Positions 10,290-21,751 of a stretch of DNA of 64,000 nt are shown one piece after another. The stretch lies in NCBI GenBank assembly GCA_965112155.1, contig OZ218100.1; one strand, written 5' to 3'. How positions within the stretch are numbered: the stretch's first letter is position 1; each line of letters opens with the position of its first letter. The DNA is from Podarcis liolepis. Taxonomy: Eukaryota. A program made the translations under genes and the position numbers. The notes under the pieces were generated by a model. It searched no databases and was not told the origin of the DNA. It saw only the letters and a list, made by a program, of their open reading frames with translations.

Positions 10290-10585
10290 CAGTGGTGCCC
10301 CGCAAGACGAATGCCTCGCAAGACGGAAAACTCGCTAGACGAAAGAGTTTTCCGTTTTGGAGGTGCTTCGCAAAACGAATCTCCTATGGGCTTGCTTCGC
10401 AAGACGAAAATGTCTTGCGAGTTCCTGCGGGGTTTTTTTCCTTCCCCCCCCCCCCTTTTCTAAGCGGCTAAGCCGCTTATCAGCTGATCCGATAAGCCGC
10501 TAATGGGCTTGCTTCGCAAGACGAAAAAACCGCTAGACGAAGAGAATCACAGAACGGATTCTTTTCATCTTGCGAGGCACCACTG
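10290..10585. mobile_element. Tc1/mariner (Tigger/pogo-like) MITE, family B
   Basis: TA-flanked. TIRs cagtggtgccccgcaagacgaa / ttcatcttgcgaggcaccactg. At least 7 internal copies of cgc(a/t)agacgaa. Confidence 0.9.
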
Positions 10586-10797
10586 TAGTTTGCCTCAAGC
10601 CAGGAATGTCCCTTATGTTCATGTTGTTGCTGACACTGAGTTGGTTCACACGTAAAACTTAAGCCTGGGATTCCCAGTGCACCAGAAGTTTTCATTGCTG
10701 TCCTGCCATTGTTCTGCTTGCAACAGGATTTCAGTGCCATGTTTGGACTCATATAGCGCTGTTATCCAGCCTTCTGCAGATGAGCATTCCCTTAGAC

Positions 10798-10935
10798 CAG
10801 GGTTTCCCAAACTTTGATCTCTAGCTGATTTTGAATTACAGTTCCCATCTGTTCTCTGATTCCTGATCCTGCTAGCTAGGGATGATGCGAGTTGTAGTCC
10901 AAAAACAGTCGGAGACCCAAGTTTGGGAAACCCTG
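10798..10935. mobile_element. hAT (Charlie-like) hairpin MITE
   Basis: TIRs cagggtttcccaaactt / aagtttgggaaaccctg. 8-bp TSD ccttagac / ccttggat (6/8). Confidence 0.85.
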
Positions 10936-10989
10936 CCTTGGATGGTCAATTGCATGGCTTGTCATAGTGCCCTTATTTACACCTTGCTA

Positions 10990-11333
10990 CTGTGGGTTAA
11001 ACCACAGAGCCTAGGACTTGCTGATCAGAAGGTCGGCGGTTCAAATCCCCATGACGGGGTGAGCTCCCGTTGCTCCGTCCCTGCTCCTGCCAACCTAGCA
11101 GTTCGAAAGCACTTCAAAGTGCAAGTAGATAAATCGGTACCGCTCCGGCGGGAAGATAAACAGTGTTTCCATGCGCTGCTCTGGTTCACCAGAAGCGGCT
11201 TAGTCATGCTGGCCACATGACCCGGAAGATGTACACTGGCTCCCTCGGCCAGTAAAGCGAGATGAGCGCCGCAACCCCAGAGTCAGTCACAACTAGACAT
11301 AATGGTCAGGGGTCCCTTTACATTTACCTTTAC
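10990..11333 (+). mobile_element. Sauria SINE, slightly 5'-truncated
   Basis: Colinear with the 7901 copy, with an (ACCTTT)-like tail. Confidence 0.95.
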
Positions 11334-12483
11334 TGCCATCTTGCATTACCTCCTTACACTTCTGCAGTGGCCTTCCCTGTAGTTCAGCCCCACCTGCTTT
11401 TACATCTTCGGTGACTTGCATAAGCCGATTTTAAGGGGAGCAGGAGGAGAGAGAAACAAGAAAGAAAGAAATGTAATGATGCAAATCCATTAATTTTTAT
11501 TAATACATCAAATTGCATTTGTACATTAATTTGAAAAATAATGTGGAGAACTACACTGCAAAGCGGCTCAGGAAAGGGTAATTCCCACATCTGAAATGTG
11601 CTGTTTCTGATATGGGTAGGCGCTGCAAAACGTTAGCAGGAGAAAATAGCTTCCATGTGGATCCACAGTTAAAATTTCGCTTCCAGCAGATTTTGGATGT
11701 TGACTGCAAGTGCTAAAAGACCATAGTATGGTGGCACCCTGAATGATATTTCTCCTCCAGCAAAGTGCTGGTTTTTTTCTTCTTGCTCTGCATATAGCCA
11801 TAACAAAAAGTGATATTTTGTAATAAACTACACCCTGAGTCGTCTCGGAGATGGCCTGTTTGGACTTATTTTCTGCCGCCAGCAGTGTACATTTTCTAAC
11901 CCTGAGCCCTATCAACATAACTTTCCTTTCTCTCTCCTTCCCCTGTTCCTTTTCATCCCCCCCCCCCATTTAGACAGTTTTTTTTCCCTTCAAAAAAGGA
12001 AACTTGCTATACAAACTAGTCTGGCTATCATGAGAACTCGAATTGTACAATTTTTAATGCCAAGAAAAGAATGCAAGGCAAAGGGAGGCGAGGTTTTGAC
12101 TTGTTCTCAGCATCAGAAAAGGTCAAGGCAGCAAAGATCGGGAGACTTGTGCTTTCTTAAAAGGCCCTGTAATTCCCAGGGGTATCTCTTCTTGACTCTT
12201 GAGTCGTGCCACTGGGACAAAGAGGGGAAACAAGCAAACTTTATAGCTCTCACCCATAGGATCACTCTTCCAGGACTAATAGATATGATTGAAGGAAATA
12301 TCTGAAAATATGCATCTGGGTGTGTGTACCTTAAGAGACTGCTGCAGACTTATAACCCGGTTGGGATAGTATTTTCCCATATGAAATCTTGAGCATATGT
12401 GACCTTTCAAATTTCGCTCAGTTGCTGCTTGCTCACCCTTTCTCCTGCTTGAAAGTAATTGCATTTCCAAATGATCAGTGACC

Positions 12484-12485
<2 letters not shown>

Positions 12486-12516
<31 letters not shown>
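12486..12516. repeat. (TG)n microsatellite
   Basis: Direct observation. Confidence 0.95.
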
Positions 12517-12523
<7 letters not shown>

Positions 12524-13181
12524 CTGGTTTGGTTGTGTAGTTACAAAGCCAGTGGGTCAGATGCGCAGGGGTGAAATTTGCAGTCGCTAATCCCTCCTGG
12601 TAGAGTGGAGAAGACACACGTCTTTTCTGTTCAGCGATAATAATAATATAATGATATAATATAATCTTAATAAAGGATTAATTAATTATAGTCATTAATA
12701 GTGTTTCCAAACAGCTTTGCTATTAAAATACTCAAGAGTGTGCGCAAAGCATATACGGAAAACTAAAGTCACATGTGTTTCATAAGAATGATGACAAAGG
12801 ATTAAACAGAGCACAGCGGCAGTGAACAAAATGAAAGACCTGACCAGTATCAGACGTAAACAGTAGTCTGGTTCATTTGTAATGTTAAGCTATGGTTTGT
12901 ATAACAAACCATTAGTTAACCATAGACTACTAAATAAACCATAGCTGGTTTTTCAAAACTTTGGTTTGTTTCCCAGCTGCTCTTGTCTTTGTAGCTGGAT
13001 GAGCATCTGGGGTGACACCCCCCCCCCATTGCATGTAGAGACACCGCCCAGCAGACAGGCAATTGGACTGTAGTTCAATACTGACCATGACAGAACCCTC
13101 TACCACACCAGAAGTCAGCAGCCTGGTTCAGGACTGGTTGTGTGACCCATATATTTTGGTGCTCAGACACCTTGCCTTCCA

Positions 13182-13183
<2 letters not shown>

Positions 13184-13214
<31 letters not shown>
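13184..13214. repeat. (AC)n microsatellite
   Basis: Direct observation. Confidence 0.95.
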
Positions 13215-13217
<3 letters not shown>

Positions 13218-13229
13218 TAAGGGGAGTCC

Positions 13230-13576
13230 CAAAGACAGTTGGATTGGGTCTTGTACACCTCCTTCCGGCAACTCCTGCAGCCAAGCTGGTGCCAAATGTA
13301 TTGCTTTGCTTCTCTTTGGACCACATCAGTGAGGCTGACAGGGGAGGGGTCTTGTCATCTGGGAGCCCAGGACCTCCATACACGCTGCCCAGGCTTGCAC
13401 CCCAGAGAGGTCACTTTGGTGCTGCTAACTCAGCAAAAAAAAGCATGGGAAGCAGCAGTTACGAGTTAGCAGTCTCTGCAGCCACATCAGGCGCTGTGAT
13501 TCTGCAATAGTTTGACTTCACCCACAGAGGCACACTCCACTGTCTCTCGAGACAGACAAATGCCGACAACAACAAA
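13230..13576 (+). mobile_element. Probable RTE-clade-derived non-autonomous element with (CAA)n tail
   Basis: Ends ccactgtctctcgagacagacaaatgccgacaacaacaa, resembling RTE-type 3' termini (hairpin tgtctctcgagaca plus a CAA tail). The 5' boundary is uncertain. Confidence 0.45.
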
Positions 13577-13705
13577 ATGAGTGAAACTTGCAGGCAAGCT
13601 CTAGAGGACTTTTCATGCACAGAATGCACTTGCGAATGGCAGGGAATATGAAGTCTGTGTATTGATCAGAGCTGATAAGAGCGTCTGCTCTTCCTAATCA
13701 ATACA

Positions 13706-13763
13706 CCTGGCCTGGCCTGGCCTGGCCTGGCCTGGCCTGGCCTGGCCTGGCCTGGCCTGGCCT
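13706..13763. repeat. (CCTGG)11 pentanucleotide microsatellite
   Basis: 11 perfect units at 13706-13760 plus CCT. Confidence 0.95.
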
Positions 13764-15260
13764 TCAGTTTCATCCAGTTCCAGCAACAAACCTCTGATGC
13801 CCAATATTTAAATCTGGATTTGGGCACAGCATCCCATGCAATCAATCACAGATCCATTACACTGATAGCCAATTTTGGCTGTTTTTCTATATACAGACAT
13901 TCACAATATTATCTCAGAAAATTTATACATGATCCCAAATGGAATTGGACATGCAGATGTCACTGTTGGTGCGAATAGCTCAATTTCTCATGCCTTTCAC
14001 TGTGTGTGGCAAATTTTAGAAGCCTACATTATGACTGAAAATGTGCACAATGCACATGTATTTAAAACTCTTCTGTGCTTGGCCAGCCTCACACCAAGCG
14101 AGGAAGGGAGCAAAGGCCCCAGCTGCTCTCACTCAGCATCATTCTGTTAAAGGCAATAGGTCTGTGCGGATGCACTGCGAAGGGCTAAGCCCAAACAGCC
14201 CATTAGATTTTGTGCACCTTGCATGTCCATCTGGCTCATTAAATTTCACTGCAGCCATAGCATCCAAATAGCCTCCCATTGCAGAAGAGGGAAAGGACAT
14301 TCTGGAAGCAACAGTGAAGGGCAAGGAAGGCACACCAACTGGTTAATTACATTGCAATGAGTGGATCATAGTTTTGCCTGTCACATTTTTCAGAATTCAT
14401 AACTGGGTGGGTTCCCCCCCCCAATCCTGAAACAGTTTCTGTCTTGTGACTTCCACAACTCAGCAGAAGTGGGGTTAGGTACCATTCTATTCATGTGTGT
14501 GCTGGGGGTAAGAGAATATCCAACAGCATAGGCAAAGTATGACGATCTGTTGAGGTTATGAACCCACCAGCTCTGATAAGTAGGTAACATGAATCACGGG
14601 CTGCTCGGTTGGCATGCAGAGAAGAAACGATTCCATCTTTCCTCCGTCTCTGGCTGAAGAGGTGCATTCCTGGGGAATGGTCCAACACCTTTCTCTGGGC
14701 GCCAGCCACCAGCCGTATCCAGCAGGCTTGCCTAATTATTGAGCTATGATTTCACAGCTCCTGAAAGACAGAGAGAAAACATCCTGTTTGGCCAAATGTT
14801 CAGTTCCTACACAGCAGATGCTCTTCTTGGGGGTGAAGCCACGTGATGGGGGCTAGGCGTCCTTCATCCTATGAAGGCTTTGTCTGATGGCGAGTCCATT
14901 TCAAGGTGTAGATTAGTCCAGTGAACTCGTGTTCGTTTCATTTGAAACAAGGCTGTCCTAAGTTCAGAGATTTATTAAGTCTTCATAGAGGTCAGCGTGC
15001 CATCTCCATCTGTGATAGGCCTATAAGCCAACATCCTGCTTGTTTGCTTGAACTGCAGGAGGAAATCAAGCAGAAAGCAAGATGCTTTCACTTCCTGTCT
15101 GTCTTCCTTCTGAGGAATCTGGGTGGGAAGGAAGGTTTAAACAAGTCTGAGTACCAGGCTTTCCCCTTTTCCTAGAGTACTCTACCTGTCCCTTCCCTCT
15201 CACCTTCCTCCTGAGAAAACCAAGCAGGAGGGAAAGAGATAACTCTGGGCATCTCAGGAC

Positions 15261-15812
15261 TAGGGATGTGAAGGAATATGCAATGCGCTCTACGTGGGGC
15301 TACCTTTGAAGGTGACTCGGAAACTACAACTAATCCAGAATGTGGCAGCTAGACTGGTGACTGGGGGTGGCCGCCGAGACCACATAACACCAGTCTTGAA
15401 AGACCTGCATTGGCTCCCAGTATGTTTCCGAGCTCAATTCAAAGTGTTGGTGTTGACCTTTAAAGCCCTAAATGGCCCCGGCCCAGTATACCTGAAGGAG
15501 CGTCTCCACCCCCATCGTTCTGCCCGGACGCTGAGGTCCAGTGCCGAGGGCCTTCTGGCGGTTCCCTCATTACGAGAAGCAAAGCTACAGGGAACCAGGC
15601 AGAGGGCCTTCTCGGTAGTGGCGCCCGCCCTGTGGAACGCCCTCCCATCAGATGTCAAAGCGATAAATAACTACCTGACATTCAGAAGACATCTTAAAGC
15701 AGCCCTGTTCAGGAAAGTTTTTAATCTGTGATATTTTAGTGTATTTTTGGTTTCTATGGAAGCCGCCCAGAGTGGCTGGGGAAACCCAGCCAGATGGGCG
15801 GTGTACAAATAA

Positions 15813-15849
<37 letters not shown>

Positions 15850-16205
15850 CTATTCAGTTCACATTTAAAGGAGAACCTTCCTAATTTGAACTTTCCAAAA
15901 CAATTTGCAAACCATCCTTTGAAATTTGAACTTCTATGAATTTAGCAATGCAGTAATCCATCCACATATGCACACGAGGACATGTATCAGGGTAAAGTGT
16001 GCATAAAATGCGCATTTAAAAAGAACATTTAAAATGCATTATATCAAGCACAAGCACATTAAAAATCATACATATTAGAGAAATTCGTACTGAAATGCTA
16101 GTGAATTTTCATAAGGACTTTAAAAAACCAGATGCGGAAGTGTGGAGAACTGAACTTAAGATTGGAAAAACGAGAAACTGAAACTGACAGATTTGCACAT
16201 CTGTA
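15261..16205. mobile_element. Old non-autonomous hAT-like element (TAGGG termini), interrupted by L2
   Basis: Starts tagggatgtg, ends gcacatctgta. The body at 15850-16200 is the reverse-complement homologue of 21320-21751. Confidence 0.55.
15279..15846 (+). mobile_element. L2-clade LINE, 5'-truncated: ORF2 C-terminus (stop 15729-15731), 3'UTR and (TTA)n tail
   Basis: Uninterrupted frame CNALYVGLPLKVTRKLQLIQNVAARLVTG...HITPVLKDLHWLPV...FKVLVLTFKAL, the hallmark L2 ORF2 C-terminal motifs. Confidence 0.95.
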
Positions 16206-16215
16206 TGCAGAGGTT

Positions 16216-16324
16216 GTGGTTGTTGTTGTTTAGTCCATTTAGGCGTGTCCGACTCTTCGTGACCCCATGGACCAGAGCACGCCAGGCACCTCTGTCTTCC
16301 ACTGCCTCCCGCAGTTTGGTCAGA
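16216..16324 (-). mobile_element. RTE-BovB LINE 3' end with (CAA)n tail
   Basis: Reverse complement translates LTKLREAVEDRGAWRALVHGVTKSRTRL (BovB ORF C-terminus). Perfect 11-bp TSD atgcagaggtt (16205-16215 / 16325-16335). Confidence 0.9.
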
Positions 16325-16989
16325 ATGCAGAGGTTAGGCTATGTTATTTAGCTTTTGTTTCTGATATGTTTGTGGCTATATAGGACAGTTAGTATTCATC
16401 CTTATTTGCTTCTGGGGTGTTTATATGTCTTCCCACTGGTGTTTCATTCATTCCGCGCTTTTCAGTGCATGTCCCCATCACTTTCTTAACAGCAGAAAGT
16501 CCATGGTATCGATTGGATGTGGATTTATCGTGCCAGGGCAACAGAGCCCTTGAATCCACTTTAACTGTGCAACCCTAAATGTACAGTGTGCACTTGAATC
16601 CCACTCCCAAAGTAATGGCGGTCTGGAAGCGACCTCAATACAAGAGGACAAATCTTCCTACATATCTGTTATTCCTTCAAACCTCCACTTATAAAAATCC
16701 TTTAAAAAAAAATTCCACTGAGAATTTGGGTCTGACCATTTAAGGACAAAACAGCTCTTTTCCTCTTGATCTATATTTGACTCTTCTTTTAAGATTCATG
16801 TGCTACTTCTATTCCATCCCCTAGCAGTTTATGTGCCAGAATTGGCATTAAAAATTAAAAAATGAGACTCCTAATGGGGTTGCAGGAGAATAGATCAAGG
16901 ATAATAGTGGAGAGACTGAGCCATAACTCTGAATTATCATTTGTATTCATTTATGTAAAACATTTCAGGTCTTTGTGCTCACAGTAATC

Positions 16990-16991
<2 letters not shown>

Positions 16992-17023
<32 letters not shown>
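16992..17023. repeat. (TG)n microsatellite
   Basis: Direct observation. Confidence 0.95.
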
Positions 17024-17025
<2 letters not shown>

Positions 17026-17418
17026 TGCACAGAGGGTTTTTTGTTTTTTTGAAGAAGTTGCAAAACACTATATTGGGGAATTAGCGTCCCACTTCAACAC
17101 ACGTGAGTGCAACCCAGATGAATTTTAGGAACCAGTGTCTCCAAGTTCACTTTTTATTTATTTTTAATGGATTCACATATTTTTCATCCACTTGATGTTG
17201 CTTGTTCAGTTGCAAATTACTCACTTTTTATAAGGTGGTATAAAAATAAAGTAAGTTAAATAATTCTCCATTCTACTCACATTTTTTTAATTGTTCCGCC
17301 CAGCGTATGGTATCAGTACATTATTCTGTTATGCTCTGTCTTTTTTTCACAATGCGCTTCCTATCTCACTGTGGTTCCTTTGCAAGGATGCTTCTACATG
17401 CATCCCACAAATACTTTG

Positions 17419-17795
17419 TTCATTCATTCATTCATTCATTCATCAATTTCATTCTTTCATCCATTCATTACATTTATATCCCACCTTTCCTCCAAGGAAC
17501 TCAAGCAGTTGTACATGTTATTTATTAATTAAATTTCTTTCTCAGCCTTCCTCCCTAAGGAGCCTGGGGTGGCAAACAACACAGTGCAATTAAAAATAAA
17601 ACGAAAACATATTAAAAACATTAAAGTGTGCAGGGTTATCAGGAACAGTACCTTTAAGCCATCCAATGCTTGGGAAAGAGGGATGTTAATAATGCTGGAG
17701 ACAAATGCACCTCAACTTGGGAGGGCACTGCACATACAGGGAGCCACCACCAAGGAGGCCTTGTCACACATTGGTGCCAACCAGGCAGCCCCTAG
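17419..17795 (-). mobile_element. (TTCA)n tail plus old L2/Squam3-type 3' ends, degenerate
   Basis: catttatatcccacctttcctccaaggaactcaag after (TTCA)n, and gggagggcactgcacatacagggagccaccaccaaggaggcc, similar to the L2 minus strand. Confidence 0.5.
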
Positions 17796-17890
17796 TGTCA
17801 AAATTACTTTCCATGTGTTGACTAGTGAAACTTTCACCCAGTCTCCCATTTTTTGGCTCTGTAAAATTAGCAGTCACATTGGTTACATAA

Positions 17891-18074
17891 AGGAAGGCTG
17901 TTGTTCAATGGAAGAGCGCTTGCTTTGAAGAAGGTCCCAGGTTCAGTGCCTGGCATTTAACTGCAGGACTGTGGAAGACTCCTTTAGGAAGCACTGGAGA
18001 GCTATTGCAGTGAGTGTAGACATAGGTGAAGCAATAGCTCAGCATGATTCAATAATGGCAGGCAGCTTCCTTTG
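17891..18074 (+). mobile_element. tRNA-Ala-headed SINE
   Basis: gaaggtcccaggttcagtgcctggcat...ctggagagctattgcagtgagtgtagaca...aggcagcttcct. Confidence 0.7.
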
Positions 18075-21000
18075 TAGTGTGTATCACAAGCTTCCTGGTG
18101 CCATTGCATAGAGGACCACACTTCACAGTTCAGTGTCAAATGTTATAACCCTGGGCCATAAGTTCACGCTTCCTTGAGTACATTAAATATGTTAGGTCAG
18201 GAGCATAAGAGTCCATCCATGAAATGCAGCGTAGATGCTACTTTATATTATCTCACCCAGCATAGTCCTTTCGGTGGCTACTCCTTTTTTACTACCAATC
18301 CGATGGATGTGCTGACGTAACAGGTTGGAGCAGGCATGCTGGAAGTCTGTGTGGCTTGGGCCTGGAATGCAACAGGGAGATGCTGGCGTTTGTGCTTCTG
18401 GTTGAGTTGTAGGAAGCCTTCCTTGCTTTGCAGACTTAATCCTGGAGGACAAATGAACGCTATTCATTTGTGTGAGGCTGGGATGGGCTTGCAAAGCTGA
18501 GGCTGTGTCATCTCTTCGCAGTTGTGCTGTCCAAGTGACCTTCGCTTCACATCGGCACATGCTAGGGAGCAGTTGTGAAGACGCAACGTGTGGCTGAGCA
18601 GCACGCATGCTGGAGGCTGTGTGGGACAGCTGTCAGGGCTCATTCGCCATGCCCTAGTGGAGAGCATATGTGCAATCCTAAGTTTGGTATTATTAATTTG
18701 TCGGCACAGTATCAAATCTATTCAAATTAGCCCTCCTCATTCGTTACCCCCAGAGATCTGAGCGAGACAGTGCTGGAAGAAGGGGGTTGACCTCATAACA
18801 ATCCAATGACAGAGTTGGAAGCCTAAACCTAAACTGAGAATTACGTTTGCGAATGTGATCTAGTCCTCTTTTGCTTTCTGCCTGCTGCCTGTAAGCCTGT
18901 TGGAGACAAGAGGAGCAGAGTGGAAATCACTGTGCAGCAGTGATTGCTTGGCAGGATGGAGAGGGTTGCTAATCAAGTGCTGAAAGGTGCATTGACCAAT
19001 AATCTTAGTTTGGCTGCTGCGTTTATTTGTGCTTTTTGACATGGGCTAAACCAGGGGCAAATAAAGGAACACTGAGTTGGATCAAATAGTTGCCTTTGGC
19101 GCCTACAGCACCTGCTGGATGACAGACGTTTAATTTATGTAGACATACAGTCACACAAAAATATAGCTATCTTAAAGCAATGTGGTATGAATCTCCCAAG
19201 TTGCAAGCAGGCAACTTTCCACAACGTAGCTGCAACTGAGTGCCATTAGCAGCACTTTTACTAGAAATTATTTAAAAGAAAGAAAAGATCTGCTTTGGGA
19301 TGGGAGGAAGAAAAGAGCCCCTTTGCAGTCTCCCTCTGATGTGCTGTAGCTAAATAGCAGAACCAGGAAGACCCCGCTTAGTGTGATATTCGGAGCTCAA
19401 AGGACAGATGGGGGGAGGGAGGTCGAGTAATGCTAGAGTTTGCACTTTGAAAGCCAAAATGCAGCTCCTCCTGCTCCTCCATTATGCTAGACAGGAGCAC
19501 TGTATTTATTAGTGCTGTCAAACCAAGCACAGCTTCTCAGAGACTTCCTGGCCAAAGGCCAGGGTCAGGCATGAGGAGAGAGATTTACGTTAAACAGAGG
19601 TCAGCCGTGCCGGCTGCAGCCCACCGCAAAGGGACGGGATGCATCAGAAGTGTCGCCTCAGCATTCTTTGCAGGGAGAGATCAATACCCCACTTTCCGCT
19701 GCCTCATCCTGCTAATGGAACCAATGTGATCCCTGTGCATTTCCTGCTCACTCTGGGATTGACTGATGGGGGCAAGAGAAGCACCAGGTGTCGTAGCAAA
19801 GCCTGGATGTTGGGAGCGGGGACGGACAAGGGAGGGGATGCTTCATCACTATTTGGCTGCAAGCCCATGTGCTGCAATTAGACAACTCAAAGGAGCAGAT
19901 GCTGTCCTTCCTGTCTTCTTGCATACACCCAAAGGCACAGAACTGTAGGGGATTTTACAGCCAGGCTCTATTTCGGTCTTCAAGTGGCTGATGACTGATA
20001 GGACTTGTAGTTCAAAACATCTGGAGGGCACCAGTAGTTGCAGAGGAAGAAGAAGCCTTCTTAACCCTGGTGAGTTTTAGTCTGAATGTGGCTGTTCTGC
20101 TCTGCAGGGAGTGAGGAACCCATTGAGGTGGTCAGCCCTTGGAGACTTGTGGAACGTGGTGGATTTCTGACTCCAGTGCTACAGTCTTCCTGTGAAGCTG
20201 CTCTAGTTGAGTGTATTTATTAATTACATTTTTATTCTACACTTCCTGCAAGCAGCTCAGAGCAGCATGAAAGGCTCTTGTTCTTGGCTGGCTGAAGCCC
20301 CCCCTGAACAAAAGCTCTCTTAGGAAGTGGGGGATACATTGCAACATTGGGTTGCAGTCCCTGTTTGTAACTTCACATCATTCCATCTGGCAGCGGTGAA
20401 GTCAGGGCGGCCTTGCTGTTGTTGTAATCAAAATATTATATATACTACCTTCAGAAACAGTGGTGTTCCCGAGGCAGGTCACAAGGAAAAAATGAAACAC
20501 AACGTTACAATACAATAACCAGCACTGGAAAAAACAGTAAAACAGCATAATAAAGCCACACACACAAAAAAGATCATAAAATGTGTCAGGTAAAATCCTG
20601 AGTGCCTTTAAAAACAGGTTGTCTTGCGCATTCATCATTTTCTAGAGGCTGTTCAAATTTCCATAGTTAAGCCCATAATACATGGGAAAGTTATTAGATA
20701 TGGTTGTTTTGGTGTGATTTTAGTGGGGGGTGCCTGAGCAAAAGTCCTCTCTCTTAATTTCCAAAAAAGAGAGAGAAAATAACTGTGTGAAGAAAGGCCT
20801 TAAGGAGTCAGCAGAGGGCAACAGCAAGGAAGTGAGGAAAAGAAAAGAAAAACCAATTTGTGGGCAAGTGTGAATTTGTGTAAAATACAAGGCAGATTCT
20901 TACTCAGAAAACTGACATTTCTTTTCAAGATAACAGAGAGCCTTCATTAAGTATTAGTGATATGTGCTCCAGTTAAGTATTTAATTATTTTTGAAACATT

Positions 21001-21235
21001 ATTTTACTGGACACTCATTATTATGCTTGCTCTCAGTAAGCTCCTTTGTATTGTGTTCATCCTACACCGCTGGCACACAGAGTGGCCGATTGTTACTAAT
21101 TTGCCTGGTTATAAGTGGGTAGCTCTAATTAAGAGTCAGTGCAAATGCCAGGAGAAGAGGATTACAAGGTTCTGTTATTTGATCTATGCCCCTTTTGGGA
21201 TGATCTGCTGATAATGCTCTTCCTATTTAGTGGGT

Positions 21236-21318
21236 GGGCTGCAGTCTTAACCCCACTTACCTGGGGGAAAGCCCCATTGAGTTTAGTGGGACTTATTTCT
21301 GAGTATACATGATTAAGA
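21236..21318. repeat. Short palindromic MITE-like repeat (related copies at about 3262-3338, 26793-26880, 41620-41670, 51255-51310)
   Basis: ggctgcagtcttaaccccacttacctggg...ccccattgagtttagtgggacttatttctgagta recurs in degenerate form. Confidence 0.45.
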
Positions 21319-21319
21319 G

Positions 21320-21751
21320 TAGGAGTAGGGAGGGAAGGCTCAGTTTTGCTTCTCTCAGTTTCTCCCCCCAATATTAAATTTAGTAATCTACATTTCTATG
21401 GATTTTTATTATTATTAAATGCCATCTAAATTCATCAGCATTTTAGTGTGAATTCCTCTTAATAAACACATTTTTGTATACAGTTTTGACCAATATATAC
21501 AATTATGCAAGCAGTTTCCCCATATATAACACATTTTTGTATGTCATTTTCATGAATAAGTGAATTTTGATGCACATCTTCCCAAAACATATGCATGTTT
21601 AAATACATTGGCTGGTTGGCAAACTGCACCGCAAAATTCAGGGAAGTGTGAATTTCGAACAATAGCTGTGTTTTAGTTTGTGTATTGGTTCAGAAAGTGT
21701 TAATTAAGACGTTTCTATTCAAGCAAAACCTAACAATTGCCCCTATCTCTA
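21320..21751. mobile_element. Old non-autonomous hAT-like element (same family as 15261-16205)
   Basis: tagg...atctcta ends. Internal AT-rich blocks are homologous, as reverse complement, to 15850-16200. Confidence 0.55.

Noticed and set aside
10290-10585. CRISPR-like array (short repeats with variable spacers; also family A ttcaggttaagaac)
   Set aside because: Eukaryotic context, irregular spacing, ~11-bp repeats enclosed by TA-flanked TIRs, and no cas genes. These are MITE sub-terminal repeats.
15294-15731. Stand-alone CDS of 145 aa
   Set aside because: It is a 5'-truncated L2 ORF2 remnant with no ATG or promoter (GTG start in the track). Recorded as a mobile element.
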